A DNA stretch of 64,000 bases, from NCBI GenBank assembly GCA_008632985.1, contig QPGO01000042.1, positions 62,001 to 126,000 of the forward strand. Direction: 5' to 3'. The stretch comes from Psammoneis japonica (Eukaryota). Positions 37,230 to 48,870 of the stretch are shown piece after piece. Below the pieces are notes generated by a model. That model did not search any database. It was given only the letters and a program-made list of their open reading frames with translations, and was not told where the DNA came from. Both the position numbers and the translations under genes were made by a program. The number at the start of each line of letters is the position of its first letter. The stretch's first letter is position 1.

Positions 37230-40200
37230 CAGTGCGGACGAACTCCACATCCGCTCCATCCATCCATGCCATGCGATGCCATCCCGCAATCAATCAGAAT
37301 GTTCAGTGATGTCCCACTGCCTCAATGACCATGCTGCAACTCACAACGTGAATGACAGAGGAAAGGAAGGGGCCAGGGTGAGGCACAAAGACACGTGGCA
37401 GAGAGAGAAAGAGCAGTGTGCTCGCAGCAAGAGAGAGCAGCAGGAGGGAGAGCCCCCACAGGCACTCTGTCCCCTTTGTTGCTGACCTGCAATGCTGCCA
37501 GGGTGAGGAAGAAAATGGCAGAGGCAGCTGCAAGAAGAGCAGCAAAGAAGAAGAGAGAAATCTGGTGAAGAAGAAGAGGGGCTGCTCAGGAGCATGCTGA
37601 GGAGGATTTTGTGAGTGACAAAGATGCTTGGCGAGTGACGACTCTCTTGCTGTTGTGACAAGCACTTGTTTCTCTCTCTTTTGGCCCTGACATGAGTTCT
37701 GCACATGGCTTGTTGCTGTTCTTCCTGGATGCACTGGGCAAAAAAGCTACAAGAGTGTCAGAGAAGATGCTGACTCCAGCAAAAAGCTGAAAAGAAGAAA
37801 TGTCTGGACATCAGGCCTGACAGTGCAGATGGCATGGGCTTCCAAGAAGTTGTTCCCTGTGTTGTGGCTTTTGCCTCACCCATCAAAAAGAAAATTTTGC
37901 ATGGACAGAGCTGTGTTTTGCTTGTTTCTGGCTGTGAAAACTGCAAGGATGCACCCCCGCGGGAAGATGCCAGCTGAGTGCTTTGCTGTGCAAAAGACAG
38001 TGATGCCCGTCATGGCCATGCCAGGAAATGTGGTCATTGAGGATGCCGCTGACCCTGAAAGGCTCAAGGTTGCAGGCAATGCAGGCACAAGCAGGGAGGC
38101 AGCAGGGCACAAATGGGCAGTGGCAGAGAAGAGGATGGTCAGCAGAGGGCCCGGAGTGGCACCATGAGTTGGATGAGCACCAGAAAATGCAAGAGCACAA
38201 GAGACACATCAAGACAGGATGTCAAGATCACAGAAGACCATGCAGAGTGCTTGGGCCATGAAAAGGCATTTGAGATGACAGCAAGTGCAAAAAAGCCCAA
38301 GAACAAGAAGAGCACAAACAATGCATCATTTTGGACACAGGTCATCAACTTGAAAAAAATCAAGACCCACATGGCGACATTGACAAAATTTGTCAAGTGG
38401 CTTTGCCAGCATGACAGCCATGATGAGTGTGTGACAATGATGCAATGAACAAGCAAAAATTGGCACAACCAAAATGGTTTTTCTTTCCAACACAGCACAT
38501 GTCTTGTTGGCAAATGGGGAGCTCCCTTTCTTGCAAGAATTGCACACAGCATTTTTTGCAACAACACGTTCCAAATTGTGCCTTCTTGTGCTGAGCTCTT
38601 AAAAACATGCCATTTGAAACATGAGCCAACAGCAAAAAAGGCCATGCAATGTCTTGCACACCATTGCTCTGGGGTTGCTTTCAAACCATTAATGCCCTTG
38701 ACTCACTGGAGAGTTTTCAGTGCACCCATGTTGGCACACGTGTGCAGGAGGACACATGGCAGAGTTGCTGCCAGTGGTTTGAAGGGCTTGAGTGTGCAGA
38801 GCAGAAACTTCTGAAGTGACTTCTGATGTTGTTCTGGCCCAGATGGCAAATGGGTTTGCTTGAAAGAACCATCTGGGAGCACCAGCTGCAGTGCCCACAT
38901 GTGATGAGCATCTCCATTTTAAGCTCAATGGCTGCAACCACACTTGTGAATCAGACACCAAGAAAATGTGAAGCACTTTGCATGCTTGCCACATTTGGCC
39001 TGCCCCCTGCAAGAGAGTGCAGGATGGGGCACTGAGTCATGGGCAGGAGGACATGAAAAGCTTGTTCACCTGCAAGCAATGTGAGGTGCTGCACAGAGGT
39101 GCTGACAACTGGGCAACAAATGCTCACAAAACAAACCACACAATGACTTTTTGCACACCCTTTTTGAATCCCATTTTGTCTTTTTGTCCCTGGTGGCAAG
39201 AGGGTGAAAAAGTGAACTTTGGCAAGGGAGCACTCAATGCTTCATCAGGGAGGTTCTTGACAATGGGCCATCCAAAGAATGAAAGAAATGTTCAAGGGAG
39301 GAACAAGCAGCAGTGGAGTGAGAATTTTGCCTTTTTGTGCTGATCTGTTAAAAAAACACAATCTGAGACATGAGCTGACAGCAAGAGGGGCATGCACTGC
39401 CTTGTGCCATTGCTCTGGGACTTCAAGAAATCATTGATGCCCAATGTTGGAACACAGGAGGGCACAAGGAAGAGTTGCTGCCAGGAGGACACATGTGGAA
39501 GAGTTGCTGTTGCCAGTGGTCTGAAGAACTTGTGCGTGCAGAACAGAAACTTCTGAAGTGAGTTTTGATGTTGTTGTGGCCCATCTGGCCAATGGGCTTC
39601 CTTGAAAGGGCCCTCCTCTGGGAACAGCTGCTCAGCCTTTTCACACTGCTTTTGCTGCCCCCTGCTCATTTAAAGTTTGCCAGCACCACCCACATGTGAC
39701 AAGCATCTCCATTTTAAGCTCAGTGGCTGTAGCCACACCTGCCAGTCAGATGCCAGGAAAAGGTGAAGCAATTTGCATGCTTGCCACATGTGCCCTGTGA
39801 GAGTGCAGGGTGGGGTTCTGAGTCATGGGTTGCTGGGAAAACACGAAAAGCTTGTGCACCTGCAATCAACATGAGGTGCACAGAGGTGCTGACAACTGGG
39901 CAAAAAATGCTCACAAAAACAGCCACACAATGACTTTCTGCATGCCCTTGCCAAATCCTCTTTTGTCTTTTTGCCCCTGGTGAGAGGGTGAAAAAATGAA
40001 CTTTGGCAAGGGAGCACTCAAAGGCTTCATCAGGAGGGAGGTGACATTCTTGACAATGGGCTTGCCCATGAAATGAAAGAAATGTTCAAGGGAGGAGCAA
40101 GCAGCAGTGGACTGAGAAGAGCACATGCTCAAAATGGTCAAAGTTGGGTGATCACATTGAAGTGCTCCATTGCACCAATGAGTTTCAAAGTTGAAGCCAC

Positions 40201-42590
40201 ATGAAAGAAGAAACATTTTACAAACTTGTCGACACATTGCACAAGAGTGTCACTGTCAACCACACAACATCCAAGAACATGACTTGGGGGAAGTGCTCAA
40301 CATGTCATGCTGAGACATTGGTGTTGGCATGAGGGTGCAATTTCTTGGTGATGAGAGTTGTTCAAGTCTGTTGTGCAAACATGCATGAAATCCTCTGTTG
40401 CAAATTGGCAGAGAAAGTTGTCTTTTTGTTTTTGCATGTGTGGTGGGTGATTCTTCAGAACTGCACATCATCCTTCCAATTGGCACTTGGGCTGGACTGT
40501 CATGTTGTGGGTGCAGCTGACCAATGTGGCTGTGCTGTGCTAACACAACAAGCTTTTCGACATTCACAGTCCTGGCAATCACACCCCTTCTTCTTTGGAC
40601 ACTGTGAGAGGTGTGGGGCTGTTCAGGCTGTCTGCCCACAGCACCAGTCTTTGCTTTGTTGTGCTGAGGACAGTGGTGGGTTGCAGTGCCACTTTTTGGT
40701 TGGTTGGCGAGAATGAACACTCTGAGCAGTTTGATGCTCATTCCTGCAGCAGTGGTGCCAAAAAGCACAAACCCTGCAAGCAAAGCGGCTGCAGTCTGCC
40801 ACAACAACGCACTCACACAGTGATGTTTTTGCAGATGGGCAGCAGCCATTTGGCACAACTTTTGCTGGAGCCTTGACTGCTCTGTGGATCTTTGCTCTCT
40901 CACTGCTCATTGTGCAGCAGCTTTGCAAGGCTTTGTTGTTAACAATGAAATCTCAAAATCATTGGTGATGACAACTTTGAGTCTCTTGAGTTCAAGCAAC
41001 TTGTGGGCAGCCCCAGGCCCAATGGCAATCAGGGGCTCCTTTTCTTGTCCCTCCTCTTCTCATCAAGCAAACAAGGAGAAATGCACATTTCATGGAAATG
41101 ATGCCTTCTGCAGATTGTGAGTTGGGGCAATGTGCCCCCCCCCCCAACAATCTGGGGCACAACATGGAGGTGTGCTGGGTGAGGAGAGATGGAGAGATGG
41201 TGCACACAACCCCAATGATGAGAATGTGGATGCAGCAGCAGTTGGCACAGCTTGGCCATTTTAGAAAATGTGCAGCACCACAACTCTGTTTTTTGAGTGC
41301 CTGCCTTGCTTTGGCCACATTTGGGTTGAGTGGCACATTGCAGTGCACCCAACCAACAACAAGCTCTTGCTGGCTTGCCAGCTCCCTGCTCCTGTTGTGC
41401 ACAGCTGCATTTTGCTGATGCCCTTTTAACCCAGCCCACTTTTGACATCTGCTCATCAAGGCAGAGATGGGGCTTTTGAGATTTCTTGCTCTCAGCGCAA
41501 CAGCCTCCCCACTTCAAGAAAGTCCTCAAGATTGCCAGCCCCTGCCGCTAACTGCGTGCCTCTCAAGAGTTTTCTTGCCCTTGAGAAACCTGCAACACAC
41601 CACACTTTGGCTGATTTTTTCTTCTGCTGTTGATGTGCTCTTTGGCCAGTGTTTTCCACAAGCCATGCCTGCAAGCAAGTGCTGCTCTTCATGCATCACA
41701 ACCCTGTTGGCTGGTGCTCAGTCATCATTGCCTCCATGCTCATGGCTTCATTCTTGGAATGTTGAACATCACCAAACAGTGCATTGATTGAGTGCACCCC
41801 CTGCCTCTTGGCTGACAGCTGCCTGCCAACCTCTCTCTCTTTTTTGCACTTTGTGGCTTTCCCTGGACCCTGGACGCCAAGAGCCCCCCGCCTGCTTTTT
41901 CCACTGCAGTCAGCTTTGTTGAAAGCAACCACACTCTCAAACACATCTTCTTTCTTGAGTTTGTGCATGTTGGCAAAAAACACATCCAACAACCTGATGC
42001 AAAAGAGAAATGGGCTGGCACAGCTGTCACACACAAGGGAGGATTTTTTGTGTCTTGCGCCGCGGCACCCCTTGGGGCAGATTGCTGGTGAGAATGTGCA
42101 AGGTGCTGCAGATGATGTGGTGCATTCTTTTTGGACAGCTCTGCTGGATTGTTGTTGATGGATGTGCTTTGTTTGGGTCAGCAGGCTGCAGGTTGGCTCT
42201 TGCCGCAGAGCTCGCTTCTTGTGCACCCCTCCCACCCGTCTGTCAGCCCCGGCGGCTGCAGCTTGTTCTGTGGTGCCATGGCTCCTCCTGACCAGCACCA
42301 CTGCATGCCACGCATGATGCAGGAGACGTGCCTTCTAGAGATCCAGTGCTGTAAACCACTGTGGCACGTCATTGAGGTGATGGTGATCCTCTGAGACGGT
42401 GGCATGGAATCACAAGGGACATTCGATCTTCGGATGTGCCAGTCAAAACGTGCAGGAATGCGGAATTTCCAATGTTTCGGATGCATGCCGTGCACACACG
42501 CACGCACATTGAACATTCAAGCACTGGCACATCAAACATCAGCCATCAGCCATCAGCCATCATCAGCACATCAACACGACAACATTCAAC
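37230..42590. repeat. CpG- and TpA-depleted degenerate repeat block 2
   Basis: Same TG/CA-rich composition as block 1, no intact gene, contains a ~770-bp tandem duplication. Confidence 0.9.
38575..40117 (+). repeat. Diverged tandem duplication, unit ~750-790 bp
   Basis: Shared words, e.g. gcatctccattttaagctca (~38909/~39702), gcacagaggtgctgacaactgggcaa (~39091/~39878), gttcaagggagga.caagcagcagtgga (~39290/~40084). Confidence 0.9.
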
Positions 42591-42685
42591 CCTAGGGCAC
42601 TATACTGGCGTTAAGACCTCGGCTTCATATATCTTCTCGACTTTAAAGCGTCATTACGACAGTGAATTTCAGCTATTATAAAACG

Positions 42686-44251
42686 ATGCTTGGATCACTC
42701 CCTCTTGGCCATGCCATGGCAATTGCATTATCCCTACAAGCATCGCACCATCGAGGGAAAGATACCGTTTCTCTCAACCCTTGGGGATGTTCTCGTTCCA
42801 ACCACAATGCCAATATTCGACTTCACTCGCACTGCGCTGTAAGTCCACCGACATCTCCATTGAAGTTTGCCGCAGGATCGTTAGACTCGGATATTGAAGC
42901 AAGCACGCCGTCTCAAGAAGACAATCGCTTGGAGACTCTTTGCAAATTCTTGGAGGCGACACCAGAAGATCTACTGAGGCTTCAGCCCAGTTCGGACGGA
43001 GTTCGTGGTGTCTACTTAAACCGATCGGTAAAACAGGGCGAAGTCTTGCTACAATTGCCGTTGGATTCATGTCTTCAAGATGACGACCCTCCCGAGTGGA
43101 AGGATTCTACTCCAGATGATTCGGAGAATGCAGAAGCATCCAGTTATAGCAACCCGAGTGAGTGGGCAGCACGTTTAGCGTCGTCACTTATTGATTTACA
43201 GCTCCAAGTGAAGCAGAACGGCGAGGTAGGGAAAGGCCATGCATTGTGGCTATCAATGCTCCCTGATAGTGCCTTTCTCCGCGCATCTCTCCCCGTTCAC
43301 TGGACTGACGAGGTCGTCACAAGCGCGAGGTGCACTGCATTGGAACTTGCCATGGATAGCGCATACTTTGCCAGAGCAGAGGCTGTTGAGGATCTCATGA
43401 GTGGCCTCCACCGCTGTGAGCTCGCACGACACCTGAAACTCACCGACGAGAATTTACGAGGAATGTGTCAAAATGCTCTCGATTTGGTCCAGACGCGATC
43501 ATGTCGGGTCGAACCCAAAGATGGGGCTCTATGGGGACCTCCGCTTCGTATAATGGCACCCATATTTGATTTCATTAATCATGGGTCGAGCAACAATAAA
43601 GGGGAAGGAGCGGCCAATGCAGCCTTCGAGTGGGAGGAAGTCTCGGATTTGAATGGTCCCAGCCTCGTCGTCCGTGCCACTGTTGATTTGGCTGCCGACG
43701 AGGAGGTCCTTATTGATTACGGGGAATCCGCGCGCCCTGCATGGAGATGTCTTGCTTCGTATGGTTTCGTTCCAGAATACAAAGATGGCGAAGAAGAACA
43801 CGTCGCTGAATTCTTTTTGGATGGACACCGATACGAGGTAAGCGCAACTACCGTCCCCTGTGATTTGGTGGAACGGGTTTCTGCATCTCTTAGAGAAGAG
43901 AATACAAACGTGGGCGAGCTGGACGACGTTGACAGAATGCGGGATGGCTCGTTCGACAAGGAAGTAGCAAAACAAAACAACTATGAGAATGGGCCACCAC
44001 AACCTAGCACAGAGGACGCAGAAAACATGTTAAACCCTGCAGTGGCAGTCAAGATCGCAAAAAGGCTATCAGATGTTGCTTTCCAGCTTTTGCTTGACCC
44101 GGAAGACCTGGAGGGAGAAACCGATGACGACGCGACAACACTGCGTTCAACATGGTTGGCAGCATCTCTTCGGTGGTCCCAACATCGGATCTTGTTAGCA
44201 TGTGCGATGGGCCTTCGTGATTGGGTAACAACGGGATCCGATGACGGCTGA
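42686..44251 (+). CDS. SET-domain protein lysine methyltransferase (Rubisco LSMT-like), probably organelle-targeted
   Basis: GVRGVY, LVQTRS, MAPIFDFINHG, EVLIDYG, LASYGFVP. Confidence 0.85.
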   Translation: MLGSLPLGHAMAIALSLQASHHRGKDTVSLNPWGCSRSNHNANIRLHSHCAVSPPTSPLKFAAGSLDSDIEASTPSQEDNRLETLCKFLEATPEDLLRLQPSSDGVRGVYLNRSVKQGEVLLQLPLDSCLQDDDPPEWKDSTPDDSENAEASSYSNPSEWAARLASSLIDLQLQVKQNGEVGKGHALWLSMLPDSAFLRASLPVHWTDEVVTSARCTALELAMDSAYFARAEAVEDLMSGLHRCELARHLKLTDENLRGMCQNALDLVQTRSCRVEPKDGALWGPPLRIMAPIFDFINHGSSNNKGEGAANAAFEWEEVSDLNGPSLVVRATVDLAADEEVLIDYGESARPAWRCLASYGFVPEYKDGEEEHVAEFFLDGHRYEVSATTVPCDLVERVSASLREENTNVGELDDVDRMRDGSFDKEVAKQNNYENGPPQPSTEDAENMLNPAVAVKIAKRLSDVAFQLLLDPEDLEGETDDDATTLRSTWLAASLRWSQHRILLACAMGLRDWVTTGSDDG

Positions 44252-44528
44252 AACACAGCTTTCGAATGTTCATGAAAACGCAAAGAAGGATTTTGCAATG
44301 TATAATAATTGTCTTAGTAGTAGAGCAAGTCGGCATGAATAAAACTTGTCAAGCAATTTGAGCCGATTAGAAACGGTTTCATTTGACACTGGAGCGAGTT
44401 ACCTTTCCGCTCGCAGGGGTTTTAGAAATGAATACATCCATAGCAAAAGTATACCATGTTCAAAACATTCGCCAAAAGAACGCCAGACGGCCGCAAGAGC
44501 GACAAGATAGGCAATTGATATTCACGTT

Positions 44529-44972
44529 TCACGTCGATGATTTCTTCAACTGCACTGTAGAGAGCAGTGAGACTCCAACCAGTACCAAGGCAAAGCCTAG
44601 GAACCACAAAGGGGTGACTTTCTCGCTCCAAAGGAATACACCAAACATCGCAGATGTTGAAAAATTGGCAGCCGACGCCAGAGACGTTGCTGCCACACTA
44701 CCGCTCTCCTGCATACCCTCCAAGAAAGTTCCAACCATTATAATATTCAGTGACACCATCAGAATCAGACACAGCCCTCGCGGAAGCAAAGAAAACTTTT
44801 GACATATCGCCACAGCGTCTTGATCAAGCGATGTCTGGTTGCCGATGGTTTCTTGACACAAACGTTGAGCCGCGGCGACAAGAGGTGATTCTGGTGACAG
44901 TCCATATTTTGCTAGACAACTCGCACTCGCACCCAACATTCCACTCAAAACTGCAAGGCGTAGAACTTTCAT
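44529..44972 (-). CDS. Small DMT/EamA-like membrane protein (TMEM42-like)
   Basis: LAVLSGMLGASASCLAK...SVAATSLASAANF..SAMFG..LWSEKVTPLWFLGFALVLVGV. Confidence 0.7.
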   Translation of the reverse strand: MKVLRLAVLSGMLGASASCLAKYGLSPESPLVAAAQRLCQETIGNQTSLDQDAVAICQKFSLLPRGLCLILMVSLNIIMVGTFLEGMQESGSVAATSLASAANFSTSAMFGVFLWSEKVTPLWFLGFALVLVGVSLLSTVQLKKSST

Positions 44973-45089
44973 CTTTTCTTTCGGGAAAGCTAACAAAAAC
45001 TACGGTAAGACAGCACGCGGTAACATCACCAATAAAAATAAGCCAGGCAGTGGACCCAGTCCGAAACAATGAAGTCAGCAGGTAAAAAG

Positions 45090-47290
45090 GCAAGTGACGA
45101 GCGTCCGTCCGCCTGTGGGCATTCTCGTGATTGCTGCTTGCTGCGATCCCCAAAATCTCGCCTCGACTGAGGCTCTCTGCTGGCCGCTCCTCTCTTTCTT
45201 TGACCTGGTCTGTCAAAATTCCAATGCGTGCTGGTGTTGCCACCCAGACTTGACTTGGAGTTCTTTCATGCATGCATGATGAAGGATTTGCCCAAGGCTG
45301 CCCCCTTGGCCCTGCCTTTGCTGCCAGCCTGGTCTCATCAACATCCTGCAAGCTGCCTCAGCACCCCTGTCCTTCCTTCCTGCCTTGTTGGCATGCCTTG
45401 CCATTGTGGCCATGCCACCCTGCCTTGATGCCTGTGTTGACCATGCCTTCCAATGCCAGTGCAACCTTGGCTGTGACATTGCCCATCACCTTTCCTCCCA
45501 TGCTTTGCAGCTTTTCTCTTCTCTCTGTGCTGGGTCCTCTCCCCCCCACCCCCTCTGCCAAGCTCCCCACAAGCTGCGTCACGTGCTTTTTCTGCTTGTT
45601 TGCCTTGATGGCCTCCTCCATGCCTGTCTCTGCTGCACCCCCCCCCCCCCATCCTTCTCAACAGGAGGCTCTTTAACTCTTTGCTGAGTTTTCAAAAATT
45701 GTTGTGGCTGCTTGTTTCACTCCATCATTTTTCATCAAACCTGCGCCACACAACATTTTTGCAGGGCCACAGGTCTTTTCAATCAACTCATCTTCATGCT
45801 CCATTTCCCACTTTGGTGCTTGAATTGTCCCCAAGATGGGAATGGAAAATGGAAAAAAATGGCTCACAAGTTGGACAGCCCTGCATTGGCTTGCCCCCAA
45901 ACTTTTTACAACAGATGAAAGGCTCAAAAACTGGGTGAAAATGCCCCAATGGCTGTGCACTGCTGTTGATGGCAGCTGGATTTCAGTGCTCAAAACTTGG
46001 GAGAAGATGCCCCTGCTTGACAGCCATGTGTTGCAACTCCTGTGGCTGCAGCTGTTGAACCACAAACAAAGAGAGTGACTGGTGGATGTGCCAGTGTCAT
46101 CTTTTTCTCCATTGTTCTTTGCCCAATTGTCTGTGTCATGAACTTCCACAGCAAGAAACAATGGGTCATCAGGGTTGGGCAACAAGACTCAGTTGATGCA
46201 AAATGTGGTGCTTTTGTTGGGTGTTGGATGCACACACTGTCTTGTGTGCCACCATCTTTGCCTCTTTGCTCTCTTTGTGCAGAGCACAACCAGGCCAAAG
46301 ACCTTTTGCATGCTCATCAGCATCTGGCTGGTCAGCATCACAGCCTCCTTGTCCTTCGGCCCTTTGCTGCCAGGATCTCTTGCTCAACACCAGCTCTTTC
46401 AAAGTTGTGTTTCTCCAGCTTTTTGCAAAGGCCCACAACCCAGTGCTGGCTGTGCCTCCAGACATTTGGGCAAGTGCCGTCAGCACCTGTGGAGCACACA
46501 GCAGACAGGTGGTGAGCAAGAGGGAAAAAAGTGTGGCGCGCAACAGGTGGAGGGGCCAGTGTCTCCTCCCAACCACACACACAGTCATCAGGAAGCAAGG
46601 GTGCATGGAAGCAGGCACAAGAAGGGTGTGAAAGAGAGGCGGCTCTCAGTTTCAGATCCAGCCCCCAGCAGAGTCACTGACTCAGAGAAGAGCAGCCAGG
46701 CACAAGAGCTTCTGTGGTTGAGGGGGCACTTTTTCTTCTTGTCTGAAGCAAGCCAAGGCAATGTCAGCAGAGGAGGAACAAATGGGGACTCAAAAGGCAG
46801 GCATTTGGAGAGGGCCAATGGTCTGAAGGACAGGAGCAAAGAAAAAGCATTGTGGACGATTGCACACTGGAAAGGGGGCACGCTGCATTTGAGGCCTGGG
46901 GATGGAGAATCGCAGTGGCGGCTCTGTCTGTGCTGTAGTAGACTACAGTGCGATGATTTGTCCTTGGCCAAATGGCCGTCATCTCTGTGTGCTCTGCAGG
47001 GCATCGGTGTCTCTACTCAACTGTAGTGAGCAGAGCACACTGTACTGTCCAGCCAGCCACGCCGCGCCGCGCCATGCATTTTGCCCTTCGTCTGTCACTG
47101 CCACCACCAGAGGACGACGGACAAGCCCGCCGCGCCGCAAGAGCGAAAAGTAAGTAAGATGCCGGAGTGTGAGTCAGCACGCCACAACATGATGACACGG
47201 CAGCGTCGATGTCTTCATGATGTGAGTGCATTAGTTCTCTCTGAAGAGGTGAAGGCAGCGCGAGACGTAAACGAGAAAACGTGAACAAAG
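45090..47290. repeat. CpG- and TpA-depleted degenerate block 3
   Basis: Same composition; core 45240-46850 has very few CG or TA; origin not recognisable. Confidence 0.85.
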
Positions 47291-47373
47291 AGAAAGCGTG
47301 AACGAACCAGAAGAATCTTGCAAGGAAAGGTTCCTTTGGAGACAGCGATCAGGAGAAGAGCATCAGTTCACCT

Positions 47374-48498
47374 ATGCTGACCAACGCATTCGTTGTTATG
47401 ATCAGTGTTGCGTTTGTTTCAGGGACCAGAGCTTTTACTTCCGCGTTATTCAGAACGAAACATTTGCTATCGCATCGTTCTTTTATTGCGAACAAGAGAC
47501 TGCATTCGACTATGGAGGCTATTGACAGTGATGCAATTGCGCATTCTGCTGACAGAGACTACCCGACGGAAATGACGGACGATGAACGCTACCTTTTCGA
47601 CTTGAATGGATATCTAATCATTCGAAACGTTCTCACGCCTGACGAGGTGATAAAAGCGAACGAAGTCATTGACAAGCACCAAAAAGAAATGGTCGAGAGA
47701 TCCGATCAAACCCTGCGCAACACAGTCAAAGGCACATCATTCTCTGGAACGGGACCAGGAAGAAAAGACTTGGGAGGAGTCCTCGAGTGGGGAGCTGATT
47801 CTTCTGTATTCAAGTCTATATTAGCACATCCTCGGCTAGTCCCTGTTTTTAATGGGATACTCGGAGAAGGATACCGCATGGATCACCTTCCTTTCGTCAT
47901 TGCATCCGACCAAGGAGGGGAAGGATTCCATCTACACGGAGGAACCGTTGACTGCTCGACGGGAGAGTACAACCCTCACCTGGCATACACATGCCATAAC
48001 AAATTCATCCGCAGTGCGTTGTTGGGCTGCAATGTCATGCTCACTGATCACAACGAGGGTGACGGAGGATTTTGTGTCGTCCCGGGAAGCCACAAATCAA
48101 ACTTCAAGATGCCTGATGGCATGGTACATGGTGACAAATATAAAGAATTCATCCGTCAGCCATCAACAAAGGCTGGTGATGTGGTTCTCTTTTCGGAGGG
48201 AACAGTTCATGGGGCTATGGCTTGGACACCAGCTGATCGTCAGAGACGCTGTTGTCTTTACCGCTTCTCGCCAGCCACCAGTGTTTATGGCCGCTCGTAT
48301 TTTGGGCACGAAGGTGGAGGATGGCCAAAAGCAATGTACGAAGATTTGACTGAAGCTCAACTAGCTGTTCTCGAACCACCGTACGCGAATCGCTTGGATC
48401 GACCTAACATCAAGCCAGATGGCAGTGTGGTCGTTACCACCAGAAACAAGAGGAAGATGCAGCACGACCAAGAGGTGTTCGGCACGAAGTACTTTTGA
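47374..48498 (+). CDS. Phytanoyl-CoA dioxygenase (PhyH) family Fe(II)/2OG dioxygenase, likely plastid-targeted
   Basis: ERYLFDLNGYLIIRNVL, GGFCVVPGSHKSN, AGDVVLFSEGTVHG; signal peptide ending TRA-F. Confidence 0.85.
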   Translation: MLTNAFVVMISVAFVSGTRAFTSALFRTKHLLSHRSFIANKRLHSTMEAIDSDAIAHSADRDYPTEMTDDERYLFDLNGYLIIRNVLTPDEVIKANEVIDKHQKEMVERSDQTLRNTVKGTSFSGTGPGRKDLGGVLEWGADSSVFKSILAHPRLVPVFNGILGEGYRMDHLPFVIASDQGGEGFHLHGGTVDCSTGEYNPHLAYTCHNKFIRSALLGCNVMLTDHNEGDGGFCVVPGSHKSNFKMPDGMVHGDKYKEFIRQPSTKAGDVVLFSEGTVHGAMAWTPADRQRRCCLYRFSPATSVYGRSYFGHEGGGWPKAMYEDLTEAQLAVLEPPYANRLDRPNIKPDGSVVVTTRNKRKMQHDQEVFGTKYF

Positions 48499-48870
48499 GT
48501 AGTCATACAGTTAGCCCCGTTAATGAGAGTAGTCATTGAAATTTTTTATGGAGCCTCGAGAAGCGTATCGTAACTGAAATCCGGTCGGTCGCAGTGGTCC
48601 TTGCCACTTGCCACAGCACGCAGTTGACACAACCTTCGTGCAATGCGCTTGCAGTCACGCACGCGAGACACGTCAGACTTCTTAGTTTGGTTGACTCGCC
48701 ATGCATCATGCATGACTCATCCCTCATCCTCATCCCCTCACCCTCCGCGGCTCTCAAAATTGTCGTATTCTCATTGTGCAAGCTCATTCTTTCGTCGGAC
48801 TGAAGGAACAACAGACAAAACAACCATCGGCAAAGCAGTTTTAAGTAGAAGTTGCTGGCTGCTCACCGCC

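Noticed and set aside
45240..46850. Possible decayed protein-coding gene on the minus strand of block 3
   Set aside because: No family motif could be recognised with confidence.
25300..47300. Numerous overlapping 60-380 aa ORFs rich in Cys, His, Gln, Trp and Met inside the three blocks
   Set aside because: By-product of TpA loss: TAA and TAG stops vanish and Tyr is nearly absent, so ORFs open in all six frames. They are not genes.
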